A DNA stretch of 64,000 nt, from the NCBI RefSeq assembly GCF_009914755.1, contig NC_060925.1; one strand, given 5' to 3'. Origin of the DNA: the human T2T-CHM13v2.0 reference genome, Homo sapiens. Position numbers and translations under genes: made by a program. Numbering within the stretch: position 1 is the first letter of the stretch; every line of letters starts with the position of its first letter. Under the pieces are notes generated by a model that was not told the origin of the DNA, made no database searches, and worked only from the letters and a program-made list of their open reading frames with translations. Below are positions 48,741-64,000 of the stretch, in pieces.

Positions 48741-50944
48741 GGTAGGTGTTATTTCTATCCCCTTTGTACACAAGAGGAAACTGAGGCACAGAGAGCTAAC
48801 GTAACTTGCCCAGCGTCACTCCATTAATAGGGGCAGAGTGAGGACCCAAACTTAAACTTTTCTGACCCCAGAGCTTGTGTTCTTAACCATTACCAGTTGC
48901 TTTGCAGCGTTGCTCTCCCCACAGGAAGAAAAACATTTTGATATATGTGTTCCTATGACTTAGGAAACATATGTATCGATATTTAACTGAAATAAAAATT
49001 TCCCAAAGTAAAAACATATCCTTACTATGCAAGATGCCCTCTAATCAATTAAAAGAAAATTCTGGCGACAGCCACTACATGTCTTACAAGACTCATAATG
49101 GATTGTGACATGTAGTTTGAAAATCGTTGCTAAGCCTGTCCCTCTGTGCCCTAGGGGAACCCTCCTTATTGGGTCCAAAGGCTTTCACTTGATCCTGGGA
49201 AGCAGCTGACATAGGGACTGCGACCCCATATCGGAGGAGAGGGAAGTGAGGACCAGAGAAGGGTAGGGCAGGTCCTGCCGAGGTCATGCAGAGAGGACTG
49301 GAATTAAGATCTAGAAACAGGCAGAGGGCAAACCTGGGCAAAGCCGGCCTTCTGTGCAGGGAGCTTTATTCAACACAGCCCCTGTCATGTTGGTAACTAC
49401 CCCTTATTGAGCACCTACCCTTTGCAGGGTGTCACATACTAGGCTTAGCTCAGTTAATCTTCAAAGCAACCCAGGCAACAGAGAGTTAGGAGCCCTGTGG
49501 TATAGTTGTGGCAGCTAAAGCTCAGAGAGGTGGAGTGACCAGGCCAAGGCCACACAGGGTGCAGGACGCCATGTCTGGTTTTGGTCCCCACTGTGTTTCT
49601 AGAATCAAGCTCAGGGCCTGAAACATGACAGGTGCTCAGGAAACATGTCTGTCTGTCTGACCCCAAAGGCTTCTCTTTCTGCCATTGCTCTGCGGTTCCC
49701 ACTAGCCCCCTTTCTGGGAGGCATGGCCTTGGGGCAGAGCAGGCGCCAGGGTGGTTGGAGGCTTGCTGGGCGAGGGTCCCTGGAATGACACTCTTTGCTG
49801 AGTTTCGGTTCCAGGTCCCTGCATGCTTGCCTGGCCCTGCCCTGTCAGCTGAGAGGGAGGGAGGGAGGGATCTAGACCGCTCCTCTTGGCTGGGGTGGAG
49901 GAACCCGCCTGGCGCCTGGGCTCATGCGGCCTCTCCCACCCCCCTGCCACTCCCGGCTCACCTCTCACTCCCAGGCTGGCTCTGGGTCTCCCGTGGGGCC
50001 AGAGAAAGGCCGGTCCTACCTCCAGCCTGAGTTCGATTCCCACCCGTTGGGCTCCCTCTCCCTTCCCCAGCCCCAGGCACAGGCAGTTCCTACCCCTTCC
50101 CCATAAGAGAAGTGGTTGTGGGTGAGAGGGTTGAGTCTCAGGGTTAACCCAAGGGCTGAGCAAACAGATTTGGCCTTGCACTCTCTGTTCCTTTTGGGCT
50201 GTGCACTGTCGGTGAGTTTCCAGTCCCCGTCCCCAAGGTACAGTCCCTCAGGTAGCCCTACCTTCCCTGAGCAGGAAGGGTCTGAGCTCCTAGCAGGAAG
50301 CCCAGAGCTGACTCAGGAGATGGTTCTAGACCTGGGAGGGGAGGAGGGGAAGGAAGGAGAGCTAGAGGCCAGGGCAGAAAGCCAACAGCTGGCTTGGACG
50401 GGGCATTGTGTGATTTGGAAGGTGCCATGTGTCCCAGGGGAGTGGCATTTTCACCTCCAACCTCCTCTCTGCTCATCTGGACCCCACCCCTCCCCTTTAG
50501 CTGGCTCCACACTCCCTCCCTGCAGGAAGCCTTCTCAGGTGGACCCCACCCCACACTGCCTGGCATCACTTTGCATCCCCTGGGAGGGAGGGAGGTGAGG
50601 CTGAGACCAAGCCCAGTGATAACTCACAGGTGTGAGCCTCCCCATCGTAGACGCCCTCTTCCAGCCCAGGTTCGAAATGCTGGATCCCTTTTTGGAAATG
50701 GTCTCAGTTTGCAGATGAAATACACACACACACACACACACACGCAAGCACGCACACACACATGCACACACGCCCCTATCATTACTTGGGAATCCTGTGT
50801 TGGTTTTGGCTAGAAACAGATGTTTCCAAATTAAATTGTAGAGGATGTCTGTAAATTTTTACCCACCCACCTAACTGTCCTACCGGAACGAGGGAGTCCT
50901 GCAGTCAGATGGATTTGGGACCAGACGATGTAAGGATTAAATGA

Positions 50945-51378
<434 letters not shown>

Positions 51379-52319
51379 TAGTAGAGCATCTCTTGGGTCT
51401 AGAATGCTATTGAGCACCTTTTGTGAAATGCTAGAAAGTGCAGACCCACCTTAGCAATAATTATAATAACACAACATACTTCCATGGACTGGAGACTTAC
51501 TCTATGTCAGACTTAATGTGCTAGATATCAGCCTATTCTCAAAACAGATGGTGAGACGCGTATTATTCTGGAAGAAGGGAAGAATATCTAGGTCATTTGG
51601 GTGAGGTAATTTACCATAAGCTGCCAAGCTATGGATCTTGCATTACCCGAGTGATATTTCAAATATTTATTGACCCATATAGCAGAGGCACCGACCCATG
51701 TACTGGAGATGGGAATGTACCGGGATCCCCCGGTGGACTGGGCATTAGCCCTTCAGTCACTGGATCGTGGGGAGGTCTGGAAGGCTTCAGGGTAGGGGAT
51801 GGTGTCCCTGGAGAATCAAGAAGGCTGAGAGACCCTTGGGGGACTCAGGAGAGCAGCTGCTTACGAACCAGTGTGGAAGCGTTTCAATATTTTGCCAACT
51901 TTGTGGATGTACTGGTGCTGAGTGTAGGCCTGGACCGGACCACCATAAACACCCTTCCTGCGCACTGGGAGGAAGCGGAATGCTGGTTTCTGTCCAGCAG
52001 CACATTTTGGTTTCATTTGCAAACTGAGAAACAGCCCAGGGTAAAGATCAGGCAGATATGTGTGTGAATCCCAACTCAGATTCTGTCTAGGCACATGGCT
52101 TTGCTTTGGACAACTTCTGGCCCTTTCTGAATCTCAGTTTCTTTATCTGTAAAGTGGGGAAACATGTTGCTCTCCTTATTGGGTTGTTGTGAGGATTAAA
52201 TGAGGTGTTGCCCATGAAGCCCAGCACCTGGCGTATGTTAATTGCCCTGCAAGTGAGAGCTCTCACCAATAAGGACTGTTGACTTTAATTGTCAACAAAA
52301 TTGTGAGCTGTTTCAGCCT

Positions 52320-52626
<307 letters not shown>

Positions 52627-53064
52627 TCAGCCTTTCTTTAGGGAAGAGAGCATAGGTTTGGGACTTTTCATCTGCCAAATCCTTCTTTCTAGACACTGTT
52701 GGACTGTAGATTGAGCAATGAAACTGGAAGGTAACACGAGAAATATGACCATGAGCAGCTTCAAGTTGCTGTTAGATTGGTTTCTGCAACATACCACCTT
52801 GCACAGGTTCCTCATGAACTTGGACAGAAGTACATTTAGCCAATCCGAATTTAGCAATGAAGTGTTCCTGTATAGGTCATCCAATTAAAGTACAGCAATG
52901 TCCCTGGCTGTTTATCCAATTAGAACTTGGCCATGTTCTGATCCTGTGCAGGCTGCCCAATGAGGACTTGGATCTGTTGTGTGCTTGTCAGTCACACATA
53001 CAGAGCTGCTGGTTTGATCTCTGCCAGAGCTGAGTTATCATCATGAGTTAAGAGAGCTCTTTCA

Positions 53065-53687
<623 letters not shown>

Positions 53688-55139
53688 TTAATAATAAAAT
53701 TACTTGTGTTGTTTATAACAAATATTATTTGTTTTATTATTTCCTTGACAAAAACACTCTTTAAAATGACTTATGCCCATTGTGGGAAGGTCTCTGGAAA
53801 GGACACGCACTGGATAGAAAATTGGGAACAGTTTATTTCAAACAACAAAAGCAGCCCACAGTCCTCATGGATGAACTTTGCAGAGGGCCTCACAGCCAGG
53901 AACTTCCTCTGACCCCTGGGTGGCCTCGACCAGACCCTTCTCAGTGGGAATGGCCTTGGCTATTTGTGAGTGAGCTGCCTGCCCATTGCCCATGGGTCAG
54001 TCCATGGGTGGCTTGGGTCCTCTGTCCAGGGTGGCACCGACCTCAAGGCCAGTCACCTGGAGATGGGGGCCAGGTTGTGCAGACTTGCTACCCGCTTCCT
54101 GGAGCAAACAGTTGGGGGTGATCCCCAGAGGAGATGTACACACAGCATACTCCCAGCTAACGGCCTCAGCATTCTTATCGCTGCCCAGATGAGGCCTAGT
54201 TAATTACTGACCAGAGAACGGCGGCGACTGAATCCCCGGCATAAGCTGTTGCCTCTAAACGGTCCAGGGGGTCCTTGCAGCCTGGGGGCCAGTTTCTTTG
54301 CCCACCCTGCAAAGAGGTACATTCACCATTAACCACAGAAAGAAGGATTTGCGTTCAGTTCAAGGAAGGCTTATAATTCTCCAGGGGTGTCCAGACCCTG
54401 GGATGGGGCCTCCGGAGTCACAGAATTTCTTCTTCAAAGCAGAGAAACATGCCTGCCCAGCTCAGCATGATCCAGCTTCAGAGGCAGAGCGCCGATGGAT
54501 GGGGTGTTTGGTCAGTGAACAAAGGGCAGCATGTGTGGCTGGCTCCCTGGGCAAGTAACTTTCCCTGTCTGGCCTCGGTGTTCCCATGTGTCAGATGGGG
54601 ATGCTGGAGGACATGATTTCGAGGGTCCCTCAGTCCTTGCCTCATCCCCCTTGTCTGGCCATGCCCAATTCTCCCTCTGCTCCTCAACCTACACCCTCTT
54701 TCTTAACCAGACAGGCATCCTCCTGACCCTACTCCCCTCCTCTCCTCCACAAAGCCCTCTCTGCTTTCCTTCTCCTGTGCCAGCTCTGTCCAAGCTGCAA
54801 GATCTGACCAAATCACTTCTCCAGGAAGTCTGAAGCCACCTCTGGCTACACCAACGCTCATGAATCTCCCTCTCTCTGGGTGGTTCCACATGCAAAGCCA
54901 AAACCTCTGAACTTCTTCCAGGTTTCTGGAAGAATAACAGCCAATACTAGATAGCACTGCCTGTGTGCCAGGCACTGGAGCAAACAACGAGCACATGTTA
55001 ACACATCTCATCCTCATAGCTCTGCTCTTATTCCCAATTTACAGATGAAGAAAGTGAGTCCGGAGGGGTTAAGCAACTTGCCCACAGACACACAGCCAGT
55101 ATGTGGTGGCTGCAGTTGGCTTCAGAACTGTGCTACCCA

Positions 55140-55455
55140 GGAGGGCAGCCTCCAGCCCTGAGTGACCATTGAGCACTAGAGATGTGGCTGGTGTGAATCG
55201 AGACAAGCTGTGAGTGTGTAATGGACACCAGGTTTTGAATGGTTGGTGTGACAAAAAGAATGTACTATATCACATTGAAATTTTTATATTGATTTCATGG
55301 TGACATTTTCCATATATTGAGTTAAATAAAATATATTGTTAACACTAATTTCACTCCTATCTTTACTTTCTGATATGGCTACAAGAAAATTTAAAATTAT
55401 ATAGTTAAAAATTATAGTTAGAATTATGTAGTTATAATTACATAGACAGTGCTGT
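55140..55455. mobile_element. MER33-like DNA transposon
   Basis: attgagcactagagatgtggctggtgtgaa...tagacagtgctg. Confidence 0.65.
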
Positions 55456-55504
55456 TCTAAAATCTGTGTTCCTAAGCACTGCTGTACTGCATCTCTTGCA
55501 CAAA

Positions 55505-56790
55505 GGTGGTGGTAGTGGTGATGGGGGTGGTGACGGTGATAGAGGTAGTGATGGAGGTGGTGATGAAGGTGATGAGGGTGATAGAGGTGGTGATGGAGGT
55601 GGTGAGGGTGATGGAGGTGGTGAGGGAGGTGGTGAGGGTGATGGAGGTGGTGATGGAGGTGGTGAGGGTGATGGAGGTGGTGATAGAGGTGGTGATGGAG
55701 GTGGTGAGGGTGATGGAGGTGGTGATAGAGGTGGTGATGGAGGTGGTGAGGGTGATGGAGGTGGTGGTGGAGGTGGTGAGGGTGACAGGTAGTGATAGAG
55801 GTGGTGATGGAGGTGGTGAGGGTGATGGAGGTAGTAATAGAGGTGGTGATGGAGATGGTGAGGGTGATGAAGGTGGTGATGGAGGTGGTGTGAGTGATGG
55901 AGGCAGTGATAGAGGTGGTGATGGAGGTGGTGAGGGTGATGGAGGTGGTGACGGAGGTGGTGAGGGTGATGGAGGTGGTGACGGAGGTGGTGAGGGTGAT
56001 GGAGGTGGTGATGGAGGTGGTGTGAGTGATGGAGGCAGTGATAGAGGTGGTGATGGAGGTGGTGAGGGTGATGGAGGTGGTGACGGAGGTGGTGAGGGTG
56101 ATGGAGGTGGTGACGGAGGTGGTGAGGGTGATGGAGGTGGTGACGGAGGTGGTGAGGGTGATGGAGGTGGTGACGGAGGTGGTGAGGGTGATGGAGGTGG
56201 TGATGGAGGTGGTGAGGGTGATGAAGGTGGTGACGGAGGTGGTGAGGGTGATGGAGGTGGTGACGGAGGTGGTGAGGGTGATGGAGGTGGTGATGGAGGT
56301 GGTGAGGGTGATGAAGGTGGTGACGGAGGTGGTGAGGGTGATGGAGGTGGTGACGGAGGTGGTGAGGGTGATGGAGGTGGTGATGGAGGTGGTGAGGGTG
56401 ATGAAGGTGGTGACGGAGGTGGTGAGGGTGATGGAGGTGGTGATGGAGGTGGTGTGAGTGATGGAGGCAGTGATAGAGGTGGTGATGGAGGTGGTGAGGG
56501 TGATGGAGGTGGTGACGGAGGTGGTGAGGGTGATGGAGGTGGTGACGGAGGTGGTGAGGGTGATGGAGGTGGTGATGGAGGTGGTGAGGGTGATGGAGGT
56601 GGTGATGGAGGTGGTGAGGGTGATGGAGGTGGTGATGGAGGTGGTGATGGTGATGGAGTTGGTGATGATGATGGAGGTGGTGATGGTGATAGAGGTGGTG
56701 ATGGTGATGGAGGTGATGCTGGAGGAGATGGTAGAGGTGGTGATACTGGTGAGGTTGATGGGATGTTAGTCGTAGTGGGGTGGATGATAG
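55505..56790. repeat. About 1.3-kb GGT/GAT-based VNTR, 30-bp core unit GGTGA(T/C)GGAGGTGGTGAGGGTGATGGAGGT
   Basis: Direct inspection; 10-codon periodicity GDGGGEGDGG in the ORF track. Confidence 0.97.
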
Positions 56791-56802
56791 ATGAAGCCAT
56801 CT

Positions 56803-57172
56803 TGCTATGGTCTAAATGTTTGTGTGCCCCCAAAATTTATATGTTGAAACCTGAACACCAGTGTGAGGATATTAGGATATTAGGAGGAGGGCCTTGGGGG
56901 TGATTAGATCATGAAGACACGGCCCTCATGAATGGGATTAGTGCCCTTATAAAAGAGGCCCCAGAGAACTCCCTTGCCCCTTCCATCAGGTGGGGTTGCT
57001 GTAAGAAGCCATCATCTACGAACCAGAAAACAGGTCCTCACCAGATGCCGAATCTGCTGGCACCTTGGTCTTGGACTTCTAGCCTCCAGAACTGTCAAGA
57101 ACAAATTGCTGTTGTTTATAAGCCCCCCAGTTTATTGGCATTTTGTAATAGCATCCTGAACAGACTAAAACA
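56803..57172 (+). mobile_element. MLT1A/MSTD-like LTR
   Basis: tgctatggtctaaatgtttgtgtgccccc...cagactaaaaca. Confidence 0.8.
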
Positions 57173-57266
57173 TCTGATTATAGCAGCTAATATTTTAAAA
57201 GAAATACGTTTTGCTGAAAAATACATGTCCGCTGTAAAAAAAATGCAAACAATACAGAGAAAGTGA

Positions 57267-57681
<415 letters not shown>

Positions 57682-59239
57682 TGAGGAAGATATATACTTA
57701 AAAATCAATGGTTTAATAATATTTATGTAGTTCTGTAACCTGTTTTCTCACCTGGCCATGTGTCGTGTCTATTTTTCTCATTAGTGTACATGGATTTGTT
57801 TTATTCTTTTTACCAGCTGCATAGTATTTCCCTGCATAATTCTGGCAAAGTCAATTGATGCCCACTCAAGTTGTTCCTGGTTTTTACTATTATAACCAGT
57901 GATATAATGAACATCTTGTACAGAGGTCTTTGAACTTTTGTGCCAGCATTTCTGTAGGATTGAGTTGTAGAAGCAGAATTGCTTGACTAAAGTGTCTGCA
58001 CATTTGCTATTTTGCCTCAGATTGCAAATTGGTCCCTCAGAAATTACCCTCTTGAACATGCTATGTGCAAGTTCCTACTTCATCCTATTTTAGCTTCATC
58101 CACTTTTGCTAGGACAGGTGCAGTAGCCTGTGACCAGCCTTCCCACATTCACCTTGCTCCCTTCCATCTTCTGTCCTTACAACAGCCAGAGTTGCTTTTT
58201 TGAAATACAAACCTGACTACATCATTACCTCCCACTTCCCCCCACCCAAACCTTTGGGGGCCACACTGCCTTTATGACAATGGAGCTTTCCTGTGCCCTG
58301 TGAGGCCCCATGGGACCTGGCCCCTGCTAACCTGGCCAGCTTCTCTGATGCAGGCTTCCTCTCCACCTCTGCGGCCATGCCAGTTATCGAGTCTCCTGCA
58401 CTCTGTTCTTTCCCACCTCAAGGGCTTTGCCTGAGCTGTATCTGCTACCTGAAACACCCTTTCCAGCCCTCATCCTACCCTTTGCTATTTGACTTCTGCT
58501 TATCCTTCACCTCTTAATCCAAAGGGCACCTCCTCAGGGAAGCCCTCCCTGACCTACAGCTCAGACTAGTCCCTCAGGGGATCCACCCCTCCTTCAACAC
58601 ACCTTTCACTATTGGTGGGCACATGTTTGTCTGTGTGATTATCCTCCTCCTTGAAGGAAAGGGTCACTCCTCACAGTACCCCCAGACCCCAGGGCAGTGT
58701 CTGGCTCCCAGACACTCAGTAAAGATTTCTCCAAAACAATTTTTTTATCATATAATTGTTCATTAAATTTTGACCCATGAAATCAGTTTTTGTTTCACCC
58801 TCTCTGCAACCTTGCAAAGGAAGCAGGGCTTGGAGTATCATTGCCATTTTATAGAGGGGGAAACTGAGGCATTGAGAGGCAAACTTCTTCATCTGAAATC
58901 ATTCAGCAGGTAAATGGCCAGGACGTGGGACTCAAACAGAGTTCTCCCGATTCCAGCTCTTCCACCGACACTTTTCACACCTGAGCTCATGTGGGGCTCC
59001 GAATCCCTCCTTTACTATCTTCAGAAAATTCCATCTCTCTCACTTTTTCTTTTGCTTCTATTGCTACATCTTTGATCTGGCCTTTTATGGTTCTGAACAA
59101 TAAGAGACTCACAGAGGTGTTAGAGGGGGTTGGCCCCTTGCAGGTGAGGCTCAGGGGCTTCATCTTACACACGACAGAACCAGGGTGCAGAGAGTGCCTA
59201 TCGCCTGCTCATGGGGACCCCCACAAAGCATGTTCATGC

Positions 59240-60520
<1,281 letters not shown>

Positions 60521-62085
60521 ACAGGGCAGGGAGGCCACCCGCCTCCTGACTCCCCGCCAGATGCTCCTTCCCTCTCTCTCACTCCTGCAGCCCTCCAGGC
60601 AGATCCTCCCGGGAGCAGGCAGCCAGGTGGGCCCCTGAGGAGATGCAGCGCCCTGCCTTCTGCTTTCCCCTCCTGCCCTGGCTCTGGTTCCTTGGCAAAC
60701 AGCCCCGAGCCTCCTGGGCTGCTAGATTTCAGAAAAGCGTTCCAGTTTGGCAAAGTAAACACAGTCGAGGAGAAAAGCAACACCTTGCAAAACAGCTCCA
60801 GGCCCCCAAAGGAGAATTTTCTTGGTCCTTTCTTTAACTTTCAGCACTGGCCTCAAGCCAAGAATGTGTCCTGTATTTTCTTCCTTGGTCCCTCCCCAGT
60901 GCCCACCCCATCCCTGGTGTCTGAGATCCCCAGGGCACTAATCTGCCAGTGTGAGAGTGGAGCGGCTGTGCTGGGAAACCCCGGAATGGCAGGTCCTCCT
61001 CTTTCCTCCCACAAAGCCCAGGGTTTACAGCTGCTCAGGAGGGCAAAGAGGGTGGCTCTCGAGTGGGACTGCCTAGCTCTGAGTCCTGGCTTGGCTGCCT
61101 CCTACACCTACAAGCCATGTGACCTCAGACAAGTTACTTCCCGCTGTGTGCCTCAGTTTGCTACCCTGTAAAATGGGGATGATAGTGGTTCTACCTGATA
61201 GGTTTGCCTGAGGAATGAATGAGCTGCTATGTGCAAAGCTTAAAATACCTGACAAGTAGTGAGGGCTCCATAAATTATAGCAGTTCTTAGGGTTGCCCTG
61301 GGCTTGGACAAGATAAAGAACACAATCCCAGAGGGGTGCTGCCTGAGTTCAAGGACCAGCTCCACCCCGTACCACTCAATCCCTGAGTGCCTTGGGGAGA
61401 TCCTCTCTAGCAGAACCCCCCTCCCAGGATTGTGGGTCCTACAGGGTCTGTGCCTGGAACAGAGGCATGAGTACACAGTGGATGTTGACTGATGGAAAAA
61501 CAGTGGTTCTTCCTTACCTGGGCTCCCTAAATCCAGTCCAGGCCTCCAACCTCAGTCCAGCCTGAGAGGGACTGTCAGGCTTAGTCCACATTCATCATGA
61601 TGGTGCCTGAAATTCCACCATTATTGCTTCACTTCTTTGGCTTAAGACTTCATCCTGGTTAAAATACAGAGAGCCCAGAAAAGGGTCACCCATCCAGTCT
61701 TCTGTCATTTATCCCTAGTGTAAAGGAGTTTGTTAGCTGTTTTTCTGAGAGCAGGTATGGGAAGGGCAAGCATGCCCTCCCTCCAGGCCCTCCCCTCCTC
61801 TGCTTAGACCCTCAGGACTTCTGCTGCCTGCTGAGGGGAGTCCCGGCTCCCCAGCCTGGCCTGCAGCCCATATGGGGTCTGGTCCCCCACGTGCCTCTTG
61901 TGCGCATTCTCAACAGGCACACTTGCTCCCATGGCCAGCCTAGATTTCTCCTTCCCACTCATTTGGGCTTTCTGGCCCTGGTGCCTTTGCTCATTTAAGC
62001 CCTGCCATCAAAATTCCGTCCTATCCCCCTGCCCCACCTTGCAGTTCTTTGCCTCTCTTGGAAGCTCTGTGTCAAAGATTCTTAA

Positions 62086-62547
<462 letters not shown>

Positions 62548-62649
62548 TAGTCTTCCCCAACCAGAATGGGCAGCTTCTCATGCAGGGGACTCTGTCCTGT
62601 CTACTGCTGCTCCCTCAGAGCCAAAAACTGTACCTGGCACACAGCAGGT

Positions 62650-62850
62650 ATCCATGCCCAGCCCAGGGCGGGATAGTAGTTGATTGTGGGGACTGTTCTG
62701 CTCATTGTAGGATGTTCAGCACGTCTCTGGTTTCTACCCACTAAAAGCCAGCTGCATCTGTCCAGATTGACAAGCAAAAATGTCTCCAGACATTGCCAAA
62801 TGTCCCCAGAGGATGGCAGTTACAGTGACCCCTGGTTGAGAACCACTCAC
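62650..62850. mobile_element. MER20-like DNA transposon
   Basis: aaaaatgtctccagacattgccaaatgtcccc...ggttgagaaccact. Confidence 0.75.
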
Positions 62851-63196
62851 TGGTGTATAGTATATTGCAAAGGGACTGGGGCACCTGGGGTCGCACCTGG
62901 CCCTGCTCCTGCTGGCTGTGGAACTTGTACGGGAGCTATGTGAGCCTTGCCTTCCTCAGTTGCAAAGTGGGCATAAAAAAGCCTGTCTCACAGATGACAC
63001 TGACGAGTGATCATTGTCGCAAAGTACCGTATCTCACTTTTAATAGTTGCTTGAAAAATTGAAGCTAAAATTCAAATGACAGCAATGCAATCTGACTTGG
63101 GCTAAATTCTTCCTCCCCAGTTTTCCTCATTGCAGGAAATGGCACCCACTCCCCAACCCGGTTCAGCCAGGCCCCACACCCTGGAGTCTTCCTTGA

Positions 63197-63205
63197 TTTC
63201 TTTTT

Positions 63206-63268
<63 letters not shown>

Positions 63269-63765
63269 CTCTTTCTTTCTTTCTTTCTCTCTTTCTTTCT
63301 TTCTTTTTCTTTCATCTCTCTCTCTTTCCTTCCTTCCTTCCTTCCTTCCTTCCTTCCTACCTTCCCTTCCCTTCCCCTTCCTTCTTTGTTTCTTTCTTTG
63401 TTGCTTGCTTGCTTGCTTGCTTTCTTTCTTTCTTTCTTTCTTTCTCTCTCTCTCTTTCTTTCTTTCTTTCCTTTTTTATTTTTTTTGACAGAGTCTCACT
63501 CTGTTGCCCCGGCTGGAGTGCAGTGGCGCGATCACAACTCACTGCAGCCTCGACATCCTGGGGTTCAGGTCATCCTCTCACTTCAGCCTCCTGAGTAACT
63601 GGGACCACAGGTGTGTGCCACCATGGCTGGCTAATTTTTTTATTTTTTGTAGGGATGGGGTCTTGCCATGTTGCCCAGGCTGGTCTTGAACTCCTGAACT
63701 CAAGTGACCTGCCTGCCTTGGTCTCCCAAAGTGTTGGGATTACAGGCATGAGCCACCATGCCCGG
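63197..63765 (-). mobile_element. AluJ with about 290 bp (TTTC/TTCC)n tail
   Basis: Alu body; TSD tcttcctt(g/a)atttct. Confidence 0.88.
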
Positions 63766-64000
63766 TTATCTTCCTTAATTTCTATACCCCACATCTGTCA
63801 TCAGCAAATGCTTTGGTACTGCCTCCAAAACCATCCAAAATCCAGCTGTTCACCCCAAATCTCTCTCTCCCACAGACAGCGTAGCAGCTCCGCATGAGCC
63901 TGATTCCACCCCACCCCTCCAATCCACTCTCCACAGGCAACCAGAGGGTCTTCTTCAGATGTGACTCAAATCAAATGCGCAGGCCTTATGGTGGTCTTTA

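Noticed and set aside
55506-56903. 465-aa Gly/Asp/Glu-rich plus-strand ORF and Val/Met-rich frames
   Set aside because: Direct translation of the VNTR, GTG start, no domain

Overview
Human (primate) genomic DNA containing the whole coding region of IFNLR1 (IL28RA, interferon-lambda receptor 1) on the minus strand. Seven coding exons of 58+124+185+143+160+131+762 nt, all GT-AG, assemble into the 520-aa class II cytokine receptor. ATG is at 30934 and the stop at 836; the 3' UTR runs off the left edge. A CpG-island promoter lies at about 30.7-31.7 kb. The upstream 32 kb has no credible protein-coding gene. It is rich in Alu, L1, L2, MIR, MaLR and DNA-transposon relics and holds a THE1 LTR that may start a plus-strand lncRNA (probably LINC02800, from recall of the locus), candidate enhancer/CTCF elements and a 1.3-kb GGT/GAT VNTR. 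I see no wholly new gene system. The best leads are: (1) a ladder of weak splice donors, each followed by an early in-frame stop and a poly(A) hexamer, in introns 4, 5 and 6, which could yield soluble or tail-less decoy receptors; (2) identical perfect GAS elements in the promoter and 3' UTR; (3) a Z-DNA/L1PA/THE1 composite promoter; (4) a VNTR built from repeated matches to the PRDM9 13-mer; (5) a phased CCAAT array. Repeat subfamily names come from recalled consensus sequences and their boundaries are approximate.
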